In this document: positions 52,209 to 64,000 of the stretch, piece by piece
Layout of the letters: the number at the start of each line of letters is the position of its first letter
Position numbering within the stretch: the first letter of the stretch is position 1
Assembly: GCA_964016885.1 (NCBI GenBank)
Contig: OZ024764.1
Location: 23,374,001-23,438,000 of the forward strand
DNA: 64,000 nt
Origin: Eledone cirrhosa
Lineage: Eukaryota
Direction of reading: 5' to 3'
Notes under the pieces: generated by a model
What the model saw: the letters and a program-made list of their open reading frames with translations, nothing else
Databases searched by the model: none
Told to the model about the DNA's origin: nothing
Translations under genes and position numbers: made by a program

Positions 52209-54106
52209 TCTAATGTCACTAATAACTACTTTTATCAGTCAGTTTAATCTAATGTCACTAATAACTACTTTTATCTGTCAGTATAATCTAATGTCACTAA
52301 TAACTACTTTTATCTGTCAGTTTAATCTAATGTCACTAATAACTACTTTTATCTGTCAGTATAATCTAATGTCACTAATAACTACTTTTATCAGTCAGTA
52401 TAATCTAATCTCACTAATAACTACTTTTATCAGTCAGTATAATCTAATGTCACTAATAACTACTTTTATCTGTCAGTTTAATCTAATGTCACTAATAACT
52501 ACTTTTATCAGTCAGTATAATCTAATCTCACTAATAACTACTTTTATCAGTCAGTATAATCTAATGTCACTAATAACTACTTTTATCAGTCAGTATAATC
52601 TAATCTCACTAATAACTACTTTTATCAGTCAGTATAATCTAATGTCACTAATAACTACTTTTATCAGTCAGTATAATCTAATCTCACTAATAACTACTTT
52701 TATCAGTCAGTATAATCTAATCTCACTAATAACTACTTTTATCAGTCAGTATAATCTAATCTCACTAATAACTACTTTTATCAGTCAGTATAATCTAATC
52801 TCACTAATAACTACTTTTATCAGTCAGTATAATCTAATCTCACTAATAACTACTTTTATCTGTCAGTATAATCTAATGTCACTAATAACTACTTTTATCA
52901 GTCAGTATAATCTAATCTCACTAATAACTACTTTTATCAGTCAGTATAATCTAATGTCACTAATAACTACTTTTATCTGTCAGTTTAATCTAATGTCACT
53001 AATAACTACTTTTATCAGTCAGTATAATCTAATCTCACTAATAACTACTTTTATCAGTCAGTATAATCTAATCTCACTAATAACTACTTTTATCAGTCAG
53101 TATAATCTAATCTCACTAATAACTACTTTTATCTGTCAGTTTAATCTAATGTCACTAATAACTACTTTTATCTGTCAGTATAATCTAATGTCACTAATAA
53201 CTACTTTTATCAGTCAGTATAATCTAATCTCACTAATAACTACTTTTATCTGTCAGTTTAATCTAATGTCACTAATAACTACTTTTATCTGTCAGTATAA
53301 TCTAATGTCACTAATAACTACTTTTATCAGTCAGTATAATCTAATCTCACTAATAACTACTTTTATCAGTCAGTATAATCTAATCTCACTAATAACTACT
53401 TTTATCAGTCAGTATAATCTAATCTCACTAATAACTACTTTTATCAGTCAGTATAATCTAATCTCACTAATAACTACTTTTATCAGTCAGTATAATCTAA
53501 TCTCACTAATAACTACTTTTATCTGTCAGTATAATCTAATGTCACTAATAACTACTTTTATCTGTCAGTATAATCTAATGTCACTAATAACTACTTTTAT
53601 CAGTCAGTATAATCTAATGTCACTAATAACTACTTTTATCTGTCAGTATAATCTAATGTCACTAATAACTACTTTTATCAGTCAGTATAATCTACTGCCA
53701 CTAATAACTACTTTTATCAGTCAGTTTAATCTAATGTCACTAATAACTACTTTTATCTGTCAGTATAATCTAATGTCACTAATAACTACTTTTATCAGTC
53801 AGTTTAATCTAATGTCACTAATAACTACTTTTATCAGTCAGTTTAATCTAATGCCACTAATAACTACTTTTATCAGTCAGTTTAATCTAATGTCACTAAT
53901 AACTACTTTTATCTGTCAGTATAATCTAATGTCACTAATAACTACTTTTATCAGTCAGTTTAATCTAATGTCACTAATAACTACTTTTATCTGTCAGTAT
54001 AATCTAATGTCACTAATAACTACTTTTATCAGTCAGTATAATCTAATGCCACTAATAACTACTTTTATCAGTCAATTTAATCTACTGTCACTAATAACTA
54101 ACCTAT
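52209..54106 (+). repeat. 39-bp satellite array 3 (~49 units)
   Basis: Same unit; 652-aa repeat ORF. Confidence 0.98.
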
Positions 54107-55058
54107 GTCAGTCAGCACATTCTTCACCAAAGAAGGCCTTAGTATTTATTACAGTCCATTTATATATATAGAAATATTATATGAAATTTGTACTGATGTA
54201 TTACAAGTTTCTGAGTATCTTATAATGTTCTTTTATTATTTCAGAATACCAGAGGACATTGGCATTAAAGAGCACATTACATCAGACATATCCTCAACAT
54301 TAACCATTTCTAATGAAAGACACTATCCATCATTTTCAAATAATTTTGAAAACACTCAACACTTTGAAGGGATTTAGTAATATAACTAAATTTCTCAGTA
54401 TTAAGCTGCTATTTGGAACATAACTTTGCACAATTTCATGAAGTTATAATGGAAAGTTTTTAGATACATATAAAGACTGGTATGAAAAGGATAAAACACT
54501 TTTATATCAGTTGTTTCATCAACACCATTATTTAAAGATTAAAGGAAGCTGTTATACAGAACAGATACAACCTTGTTTATATAAATCTATGGGAGAAATA
54601 CTGTGAAATATTTCTTGTAAACTCAATAACACTTCTATTCTTTGCTGTCTGGAATATGTAGAAGATACAAAATAAAGCAGAAGAAATTTACAAATGATTT
54701 TGTAAGATCTTCATATATTGACAAAGATGATAGTAGATGGAACTACAGGAGTAGAAATATTTCCATTATTACAGGAATAACTAATCAAATAAAAACCAGA
54801 AAAATTAGATTCTTCACTGTCTGGAATATGTACAAGATGATTTTATATGTATATTAAACTTGAAGACATCTACAAAACAGTTTGTATCATCTTTAAATAT
54901 AAAGAAAGACCAAGTTGATGGAAATATATCTGGAGGAATATATTTTAGGAATAATATTATAAACATAAAGAAGAAAAATATCCATATATTGCGAGGAGAA
55001 AAATATTAAAACTGTGAATTATGTGAGAAACTGAGGTAATTGATATCTTTTAGGAGAT

Positions 55059-56594
55059 ATGTCGAAAAATATAGTAAAATCACCATTCCACTGTGATATC
55101 TGTGGCAAATCATTCTCTCATAGTAATCACCTAACTACTCACAAACGTATTCATACAGGAGAGAAGCCTTATAAGTGTGATATCTGTAACAAATCATTCA
55201 GTCACAGTAGTAGCGTCAGAGTTCACAAACGTATTCATACAGGAGAAGAGCCATTCCACTGTGACATCTGTGGTAAATCATTCACTTATAGTCATCAACT
55301 AACTACTCACAAACATATTCATACAGGAGAGAAACCATATCACTGTGACATCTGTGGTAAATCATTCTCTCAGAGTCATCACCTAACTACTCACAAACCT
55401 ATTCATACAGGAGAGAAGCCTTATCACTGTGATGTCTGTGATAAATCATTCAGCCAAAGTAGTAGCTTAACTCATCACAAACGTCTTCATACAGGAGAGA
55501 AGCCATATCACTGTGACATCTGTGGTAAATCATTCTCTAAATGTGGTAACTTAACTACCCACAAACGTATTCATACAGGAGAGAAGCCACATCACTGTGA
55601 CATCTGTGGTAAATCATTCAGTCACAGAAATACCTTAACTAAACACCAACGTATTCATACAGGAGAGAAGCCATATCACTGTGATATCTGTGGTAAATCA
55701 TTGTCTCGTAGTGATACCTTAACTACCCACAAACGTACTCATACAGGAGAGAAACCATATCACTGTGACATCTGTAGTAAATCATTATCTGACAGAAGTA
55801 GCTTTGTTAAACACCATCGTATTCATACAGGAGAGAAGCCATATCACTGTGATATCTGCGGTATTTCATTCTCTCAGAGAAATCACCGAATGGCTCACGA
55901 ACGTATTCATACAGGAGAAAAACCATATCACTGTGATATCTGTGGTAAAACATTCTCTGTAAATCATAATCTAACTACTCACAAACGTATTCATACAGGA
56001 GAGAAGCCATATCATTGTGACATCTGTGGTAAATCATTTTCTCGTAGTCACCTAACTACTCACAAACGTATTCATACAGGAGAGAAGCCATATCACTGTG
56101 ATATCTGTGATAAATCATTCTCTCATAGTAAAACCTTAACTACCCACAAATGTACTCATACAGGAGAGAAGCCATATCATTGTGACATCTGTGGTAAATC
56201 ATTCGCTGACAGAACTAGCTTAGCTACCCACAAACGTACTCATACAGGAGAGAAGCCATATCACTGTGACATCTGTGGTAAATCATTCTCTCATAGTAAT
56301 ACCTTAGCTATCCACAAACGTACTCATACAGGAGAGAAGCCATATCATTGTGACATCTGTGGTAAATCATTCGCTGACAGAACTAGCTTAGCTACCCACA
56401 AACGTACTCATACAGGAGCGAAGCCATATCACTGTGACATCTGTGGTAAATCATTCTCTCATAGTAATACCTTAGCTACCCACAAACGTACTCATACAGG
56501 CGAGAAGCCATATCCCTGTGACATCTGTGGTAAATCATTCAGTCACCGTAGTAACTTAACTACCCACAAACGTACTCATACAGGAGTACTCTGA
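55059..56594 (+). CDS. C2H2 zinc-finger protein, 18 fingers
   Basis: 511-aa ORF; finger 12 has a one-residue deletion; ends TGVL* after a deletion in the ancestral last finger. Confidence 0.93.
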   Translation: MSKNIVKSPFHCDICGKSFSHSNHLTTHKRIHTGEKPYKCDICNKSFSHSSSVRVHKRIHTGEEPFHCDICGKSFTYSHQLTTHKHIHTGEKPYHCDICGKSFSQSHHLTTHKPIHTGEKPYHCDVCDKSFSQSSSLTHHKRLHTGEKPYHCDICGKSFSKCGNLTTHKRIHTGEKPHHCDICGKSFSHRNTLTKHQRIHTGEKPYHCDICGKSLSRSDTLTTHKRTHTGEKPYHCDICSKSLSDRSSFVKHHRIHTGEKPYHCDICGISFSQRNHRMAHERIHTGEKPYHCDICGKTFSVNHNLTTHKRIHTGEKPYHCDICGKSFSRSHLTTHKRIHTGEKPYHCDICDKSFSHSKTLTTHKCTHTGEKPYHCDICGKSFADRTSLATHKRTHTGEKPYHCDICGKSFSHSNTLAIHKRTHTGEKPYHCDICGKSFADRTSLATHKRTHTGAKPYHCDICGKSFSHSNTLATHKRTHTGEKPYPCDICGKSFSHRSNLTTHKRTHTGVL

Positions 56595-57289
56595 CAGTAG
56601 TACCTTAACCAAGCATGTGTGTATTCATACAGAAGTTTAGCTGTATCAATATCAAACTCATTACATCATACTACAACAACAACAACAATTGTGTAGATCC
56701 ATCATCCTGGCTAAAACTGGGGATAACCTTGTAGGTTTTACCTATGACAGGGATCATAAACACCAGGTTTCCATTTTTGAAGCAGTGTTTGAAGATTTTG
56801 TGTAAATTAAAGTTTTTCACATTAAACTTTGATTTATTATACTTTAACAGGTAAGATATATATTTGTATTTTTAGTAAATGTTGGGAACTTCTGTAACTT
56901 AAACCTGCCAATAAAATGAAAACTTTTGTTGTTGCTAGTCAGACATTGATATTAATTCTATTGTCCTGTACATTGTCTCAAATATCACAGATTAAACAGA
57001 TTTTAACAATAACAACAGAAATCAATAACTTGTAAGCCTAATATCTAGCTTCCATTTTAACTATTTGATATTGTTGTTCCTCTCCTATCTCTTCAGGTCT
57101 TTTAGATTTCAACTTCTATCTACTGTACTATTCCATCACCAAGGCAACATTCATCTGGCTGGCAGCTTACATCAACTACAGATCTCATCAGTGGTTCACA
57201 ACAGGCTGTCTGAAAGAAACTTCCAGATATCTTCTATGTCAGAACTATCAATCTCCTCCTCCTTATCATATGTATCATGTAGAACATCT

Positions 57290-57945
57290 CTGAATTTGTA
57301 TTTAACAGGGAGATCTTTTACTGTCCCTACCCTTTTCTCTAGGTTGTCTTGTACCTCTCTCACAGTCCCTCTAGATCTTATATTTAACAGGGAGATCTTT
57401 TACTGTCCCTACCCTTTTCTCTAGGTTGTCTTGAGCCTCTCACAGTCCCTCTAGATTTTATATTTAACAGGGAGATCTTTTACTATCCCTACCCTTTATT
57501 CAGGTTGTCTTGTACCTCTCTCACAGTCCTTCTAGATCTTATATTTAACAGGAAGATCTTTTATTATCTCTACCCTTTATTTAGGTTGCCTTGTACCTCT
57601 CTCACAGTCCCTCTAGATCTTATATTTAACAGGGAGATATTTTACTATCTCTACCCTTTTCTCTAGGTTGTCTTGTACCTCTCTCACAGTCCCTCTAGAT
57701 CTTATATTTAACAGGGAGATATTTTACTATCTCTACCCTTTTCTCTAGGTTGCCTTGTACCTCTCTCACAGTCCCTCTAGATCTTATATTTAACAGGGAG
57801 ATGTTTTACTGTCCCTACCCTTTTCTCTAGGTTGTCTTGTACCTCTCACAGTCCCTGTAGATCTTATATTTAACAGGGAGATCTTTTACTCTCCAACCCT
57901 TCTATCTCCAGATAATCTTGTATCTGTCAGTCCCTCTAGATCTTA
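57290..57945. repeat. 82-bp minisatellite (~8 units)
   Basis: tttaacag at 57301, 57383 and onward. Confidence 0.92.
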
Positions 57946-58159
57946 CACCTAGTATCTAGTCTATGTTGAGTGGTACGTCCTTCTCCAGTAAAGGAGTTAA
58001 TATTCCCAACCATCTGTCTATCCTGTTTTCTGATGAGAATGAAGTCAATCTAGTTTATCTCTTCACCTGATTGAAGTAACTAGATCAAGTAACTACATGG
58101 TTTCCTGTAAGTTAGTGTTGCAGTGTTTGAGTCACCATGTAAGGTTTATATCTATTAAT

Positions 58160-58595
58160 ATAGAGATGTAGTAAAGTTTTCACTGTTGTATCTCTACTTT
58201 CTAAATATCTTAATAATGTTTCTCTACTATTTCAGCATATCACATGACCTTGACAGAAAAGAGTCTTTTAAAGACAACAGAAAGATGTTACATACAAGTG
58301 ATATAAACTTGTTTAGTCTGTGGTGAATTATGGTGAAATATTTCTTCTGAATTGAGATAAATAACAACATTTTCCTTTTTCACTGTCTGGAATATTTACA
58401 AGATGATTTTACATTCTGATTAAACTTTGGATATTTACAAAGGAGTTTTCAAAATGTTTGGATATTGACAAAGATCACGTTTGGTAAAATTATGAACAAT
58501 AGAAATATCTAGATCAACATAGGAATATTTTCCAGAAGAGATGGGAAAATCATTATACCACTGTAATATTTGTGGTAAAGTATTCTCTCTTCTTT
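58160..58595 (+). pseudogene. Decayed ZNF exon relic (partial extra copy at 60810-60975)
   Basis: FPEEMGKSLYHCNICGKVFS at ~58528-58590. Confidence 0.6.
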
Positions 58596-58934
58596 ATATG
58601 TAGAACATCTAACTAAACACTTTAACTAACAAACTATTGTGCTATAGAATTGACAAACTTGAAGAATGTTTAATAAATGTTACAGATTTCTCCAAACTGT
58701 CGTTTACTAACTTTAATTTGAAGCTATATTATCTATATACTACTAAAACTCTGTGATTGTGTCTTGTCCGTAATTTAATACAGCTAAAACAGTGCATAAT
58801 GGGGAAATACTTTGAAAGGAATAAAACAAGTTTTGTATAAATTGGAGCACAGGTTCCCAAGATACGGGGTTTTCTGGGTACCTTCATAAATATAGGGAGA
58901 GAAAGAGATAGTGGTTGTGAGAGAGTGGGAGCTG

Positions 58935-59076
58935 GTGGTGTTAAATAAAATGTATGTGTGTGTATATATATATATATATATACGTATCTATATATATATA
59001 CGTATGTGCATATATATGTATCTATATATATATACGTATGTGCATATATATGTATCTATATATATATATACGTATG
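58935..59076. repeat. Compound TA/TG microsatellite with a ~34-bp higher period
   Basis: tatatatacgtatgtgcatatatatgtatc repeated. Confidence 0.85.
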
Positions 59077-59104
59077 AAGCATATAGACAATATGCCCCCA
59101 CACC

Positions 59105-59377
59105 CTCCGACTGCAAGGTGGTCGTGGAGGTGCCGCTGCAAAAAAGCACCGAGCCCACACTGTAAAATGGACATGTAGGCGCCACGAAAAAGCACCCAGC
59201 ACTCACTGTAAATGAGGTTGGTGTTAGGAAGGGCATCCAGCTGTAGAAATCGAGCCAAATCAGTTCCTGTATGAGCAAGGCATGGTCAGCCGACCAGACG
59301 CTGCCCACAACAGGACAACCCGTCTAACCCATGCTAGCGTGGAAGAACGGACATAAAACGGTGATGATGATGATGAT
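59105..59377 (+). mobile_element. SINE 3' portion with (TGA)n tail
   Basis: aaaaagcacccagcactcactgtaaatgaggttggtgttaggaagggcatccagctgtagaaa...cccatgctagcgtggaa...tgatgatgatgat. Confidence 0.8.
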
Positions 59378-60089
59378 ATATATATATACGTATGTGTATA
59401 TTTTAACTGTTTAAAAATTATTTTAAATGACTTTTAAAAAATAGTGATAAAGGAACGTGACCCAACAGGTCGCGGGTGGTCTAGTTTGTTACTAAATACT
59501 AGATATTAGAGGGTCATGTTGTTCTAGATGTGCTGGAAGAGCCATTCCATCTTGTGAGGCTCACACCAGCAGCTAGCCACCTCAGCACCTATGGTGGTAT
59601 ATTTATTATATTATTTATTCTTTATCATTAACATTAATATAAAAGATAATTATATATTTTTAGAGAAGAACCTCTAACTTCATATAGCTTAGGGCTTCAG
59701 TAGGTAAAAGTCTGGCCCTGCTTGTCTTGTATTTTTTAGGGGAGAAGTTAGGGAATACTGTTATTGTGTGAAAGTTTTCTAAATCTTCTTCAGCCACTAA
59801 CATGGAGAAGATATTTCAGTAAGAAGGTTCACATCCTGACATCTATAGCTGTTAACAATGAGATTGGAATTCATTATTAAACAAATGTTATATCATCATC
59901 ACTGTTTTACATCAGTTTTTTCATGCTGGCATGGGTTAGACGAGTTATCCTGTTGTAAGCATTGCCAGGTCAGGTGATCACGTGTTGCTCCTACAGAACA
60001 AATTTTGGATTGGTTTCTACAGCTGGATGCCCTTCCTAGCACCAACCTTATTTACATTGAGTACTGGGTGCATTTTACCATCTCACCAT

Positions 60090-60705
60090 CACGACCTCTT
60101 TACAGTGTGGGCTGGGTGCTTTTTGTTGTGACACCTATATGACCTCTTTACAGTGTGGGCTGGGTGCTTTTTGTTGTGACACCTATATGACCACTTTATA
60201 GTGTGGACTGGGTACTTTTTGTTGTGACACCAACATGACCATTTTAAAGTTTTGGCTGGGTACTTTTTGTTGTCACCTACATGACCACTTTACAGTGTGG
60301 GCTGGGTGCTTTTTGCCGTGACACCTACATGACCAGTTTATAGTGTTGGCTGTGTGTTCTTTGCAGTGTGGGCTGGTTTCTTTTTGTCATATCACCTCCA
60401 TGACCACCTTATAGTGTTGGCTGTGTGTTCTTTACAGTGTGGGCTGGTTTCTTTTTGTTATATCACCTACATGACCGCCTTATAATGTTGACTGTGTGTT
60501 CTTTGCAGTGTGGGCTGGTTTCTTTTTGTCATATCACCTACATGACCACCTTATAATTTTGACTGTGTGTTCTTTGCAGTGTGGGCTAGTTTCTTTTTGT
60601 CATATCACCTACATGACCACCTTATAATGTTGACTGTGTTCTTTACAGTGTGGGTTGGGTGCTTTTTGTCATATCTCCTACCCAACCACTTTGCAGTGTG
60701 GGCAG
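60090..60705. repeat. 48-bp minisatellite
   Basis: Same unit family. Confidence 0.9.
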
Positions 60706-61684
60706 TGAAATATCAGTAATGCACCAGCTCCAATATTCAGTAATCAGAAGAAGGGAGGTAGGCATAAAAGCCAAACTTGCTGTCTTCAATTAGGTTTTTG
60801 TGCCAACCCTTTGGATATTTACAAAGGAGTTTTCAAAATATTTGGATATTGACAAAGATCACATTTGGTAAAATTATGAACAATAGAAATATTTACATCA
60901 ACATAGGAATATTTTCCAGAAGAGATGGGAAAATCATTATACCACTAATATTTGTGGTAAAGTATTCTCTCTTTATATGTAGAATATCTAACTAAACACT
61001 TTAACTAACAAACTATTGTGCTATAGAATTGACAAACTTGAACAATGTTTAATAAATGTTACAGATTTCTCCAAACTGTCGTTTACTAACTTTAATTTGA
61101 AGCTATATTATCTATATACTACTAAAACTCTGTGATTGTGTCTTGTCTGTAATTTAATACAGCTAAAACAGTGCATAATGGGGAAATACTTTGAAAAGAA
61201 TAAAACAAGATTTGTATAAATTGGAGCACAGGTTCCCAAGATACGGGGTTTTCTGGGTACCTTCATAAATATAGGGAGAGACAGTGGTGGTGAGAGAGTG
61301 GGCGCTGGTGGTGTTGTTTAATAAATTGTGTGTGTATATATATATATACGTTTATTGTGTGAAAGTTTTCTAAATCTTCTTCAGCCACTAATATGGAGAA
61401 GATATTTCAGTAAGAAGGTTCACATCCTGACATCTATAGCTGTTAACAATGAGATTGGAATTCATTATTAAACAAATGTTATATCATCATCACTGTTTTA
61501 CATCAGTTTTTCCACGCTGGCATGGGTTAGACGAGTTATCCTGTTGTAAGCAATGCCAGGTCAGGTGACCACGTCTGGCTCCTACAGAACCAATTTTGAT
61601 TTTGTTTCTACAGCTGGATGACCTTCCTAGCACCAACCTTATTTACATTGAGTACTGGGTGATTTTTACTATCTCACCAACTCG

Positions 61685-61950
61685 ACCACTTCACAGTGTG
61701 GGCTGGGTACTTTTTTACTTTTTGTCATGACACCTACATGACCACTTTACAGTGAGTACTGGGTACTTTTTATCGTGACACCTACAATACCACTTTACAG
61801 GGTGGACTGGGTACTTTTTGCCATGACACCAATGTGACCACTTTACAGTGTGGATTGGGTACTTTTTGTCGTGACACCTACATGACCACTTTACAGTGTG
61901 GATTGGGTACTTTTTGTCATGACACCTACACAACCTCTTTACAGTGTTGG
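61685..61950. repeat. 48-bp minisatellite
   Basis: Same variant as 22315-23010, with fewer units. Confidence 0.88.
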
Positions 61951-62032
61951 CAGTGAAATCTAATGCACCAGCTTCAGTAATCAGAATATACATATACACA
62001 CACACAAACACAAATATATATATATATATATT

Positions 62033-64000
62033 CAGTGGTACCTTGACTTACAAGTGTCCCAACTAATAAGTTTTTCGAGATACGAGCCCTCTCTCGGCTG
62101 ATTTTTTGCGTTGAGTTCCAGAGTAAAATTCGGGTTACGAGTCAGCTTCAGATGCCCCGCCACTAGTTGGCATAGTGACCGCCACAGGCAATACCGTAAC
62201 ACCCGCCCGGCATCCCATGGCTTCGAAGAAAGTGAGGGCGAAGGACAGTTCTGAGAAGAAAAAGCAGATGATGTGTATTGAATTAAAGAAAGAAATTATA
62301 GAAAAACATGACCAAGGTGTGTGTGTAGTGGACTTGGTGAAGTAGTACGAGCATAGCACTTCTATGATATGTACCATACTGAAGTAGAAGGACTTGATAA
62401 AGGCTATAACCCCAGCTAAGGGTGGTAAAATAATTTCTAAATAGCGGACCTCTATCCATGAAAATATGGAAAAGCTGCTGATGGTGTGGTTGACGGAGAA
62501 GCAGCTCGCAAGAGATACCGTGATGAAGATTATAATATGTGAGAAGGCACGAGCTATTTAAGCTGATTTGCTGCAGCAGACCCCAAGTACTTCTACGGAC
62601 GAGCCATCGGCAAGCCCTTTAATGCCAGTCGGGGTTGGTTTGAGAATTTTAAAAGAGGACCGGCATTCACTCAGTTGTCAGGCATGGTGAGGCAGCGAGC
62701 GCGGATATGAAGGCAGCTGAGGATTACCTCAAAACCTTTGCCTGAATTATAGCAGCCAAAGGATACATCCCTCAGCAAGTCGTTAACTGTGATGAAACAG
62801 GACTTTTTTGGAAGAAGATGCCAAGGAGGACTTATATAACGGCAGAGGAGAAGAGGATGCCTGGCCACAAACCCATGAAGGATAGGCTAACCCTCGCACT
62901 GTGTGCCACTGAGCGGCGAGTGTAAGATTAAGTCGCTGCTCGTTTATCATTCAGAAAACTCCAGAACCTTTAAGTCACATAAGATTCTGAAAGAAAAACT
63001 GCAGGTTTTGTGGAGGGCAAACCCGAGGTCATGGGTCACCAGGTAGTTCTTTGTGGAGTGGGTGAATTTGGTCTTTGGTCCTGACGTTAAAAAATATCTC
63101 CTTGAAAATAACCTACCCCTGTAAACCCTTCTTATCCTACATAATGCACCTGCTCACCCACCCACCCTCGAAGAGTTAAAGTTTATAAAGGTCCTCTACC
63201 TTCCACCAAACACCACCCCTATCCTACAGCCCAAGGACCAGCAGGTACTTTCTAATTTCAAGAAGCTCTTCACCAAGCACCTGTTCAGTCGCTGCTTTGA
63301 AGTGACGGAGAGCACAAACTTCACCCTTGAGAGGTCTGGAAGGACCATTATAACATCGTGATATGCCTCAGAATTATCGATATGACATGGCAGAGTCTTA
63401 CAAAGAGGACCTTGACCTCTACATGGAAGAAGCTGTTGCCTGAGGTTGTGTCTAAAACAGACTTTGAAAGACTCGAACCCGAAGCGGCAGTGGTGGAGGA
63501 GATTGTACCCCTCGGTAAGTCCATGGGCCTGGACATGGATGAAGGTGACATCAACGAGCTCATCGAGGAGCACCCCGAGGAAATGACAACGAAGGAATTA
63601 AAGGAGCTACAGACACAGCAACACACGGAGTTTTTGCAGGAAATAGGTGACACAGAGGAGGTTATCTCAACAAGTGAGATGAAACAAACCTTATTAGACA
63701 GGTTTTTATTGAAAATCCCTGCAGATAAAAGTGAGGAAAGCGTGGCGAAAAGGGCAAAAATCAGATTAAGATTCGGTTATTCAGTTCATCCTTTCTCCTC
63801 CGTCAACATCCTCAAGTCGTCTGATCTCCAAGATAGATGCTGTACATTATACTTATTAAAACCAGTTTATTGTAGTACATTCTATTGTATTGTTTTTTAT
63901 ATACAATATTTATTATTTATAAGTACATTTTTCTTATTTAAAAACACGTAACAAAACAAACTGTGGTTTTTTTTTTGGGGGGGGGGGTCTGGAACGGATT
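62033..64000 (+). mobile_element. Tigger/pogo transposon relic, copy 3 (runs off the window)
   Basis: Left TIR cagtggtaccttgacttacaag; collinear with 23105-25179. Confidence 0.92.

Overview
Eukaryotic, AT-rich, repeat-dense DNA, most likely from an octopus/coleoid cephalopod. That call is an inference from the CDICGKSFS...HTGEKPYH finger style and the SINE types. The window is a tandem cluster of three C2H2 zinc-finger genes (12, 8 and 18 fingers), each in a ~16-19 kb segmentally duplicated cassette. The shared order is: a compact promoter-like motif cluster with a short non-coding exon; a 7-8 kb predicted intron holding CRE-, RTE- and CR1-type LINE relics, MITEs and a 1.9-2.5 kb 39-bp satellite with a stop-free frame; one ZNF coding exon; an 82-bp minisatellite; and a decayed 'ghost' ZNF exon. 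Spacers contain Tigger/pogo and hAT (Buster/SPIN-like) transposon relics, SINEs and a SINE-derived 48-bp minisatellite. The non-coding scaffold is highly similar between copies, whereas finger number, DNA-contact residues and satellite variants differ strongly. No rRNA, tRNA or CRISPR was seen. Transcript structures are predictions from motifs only.
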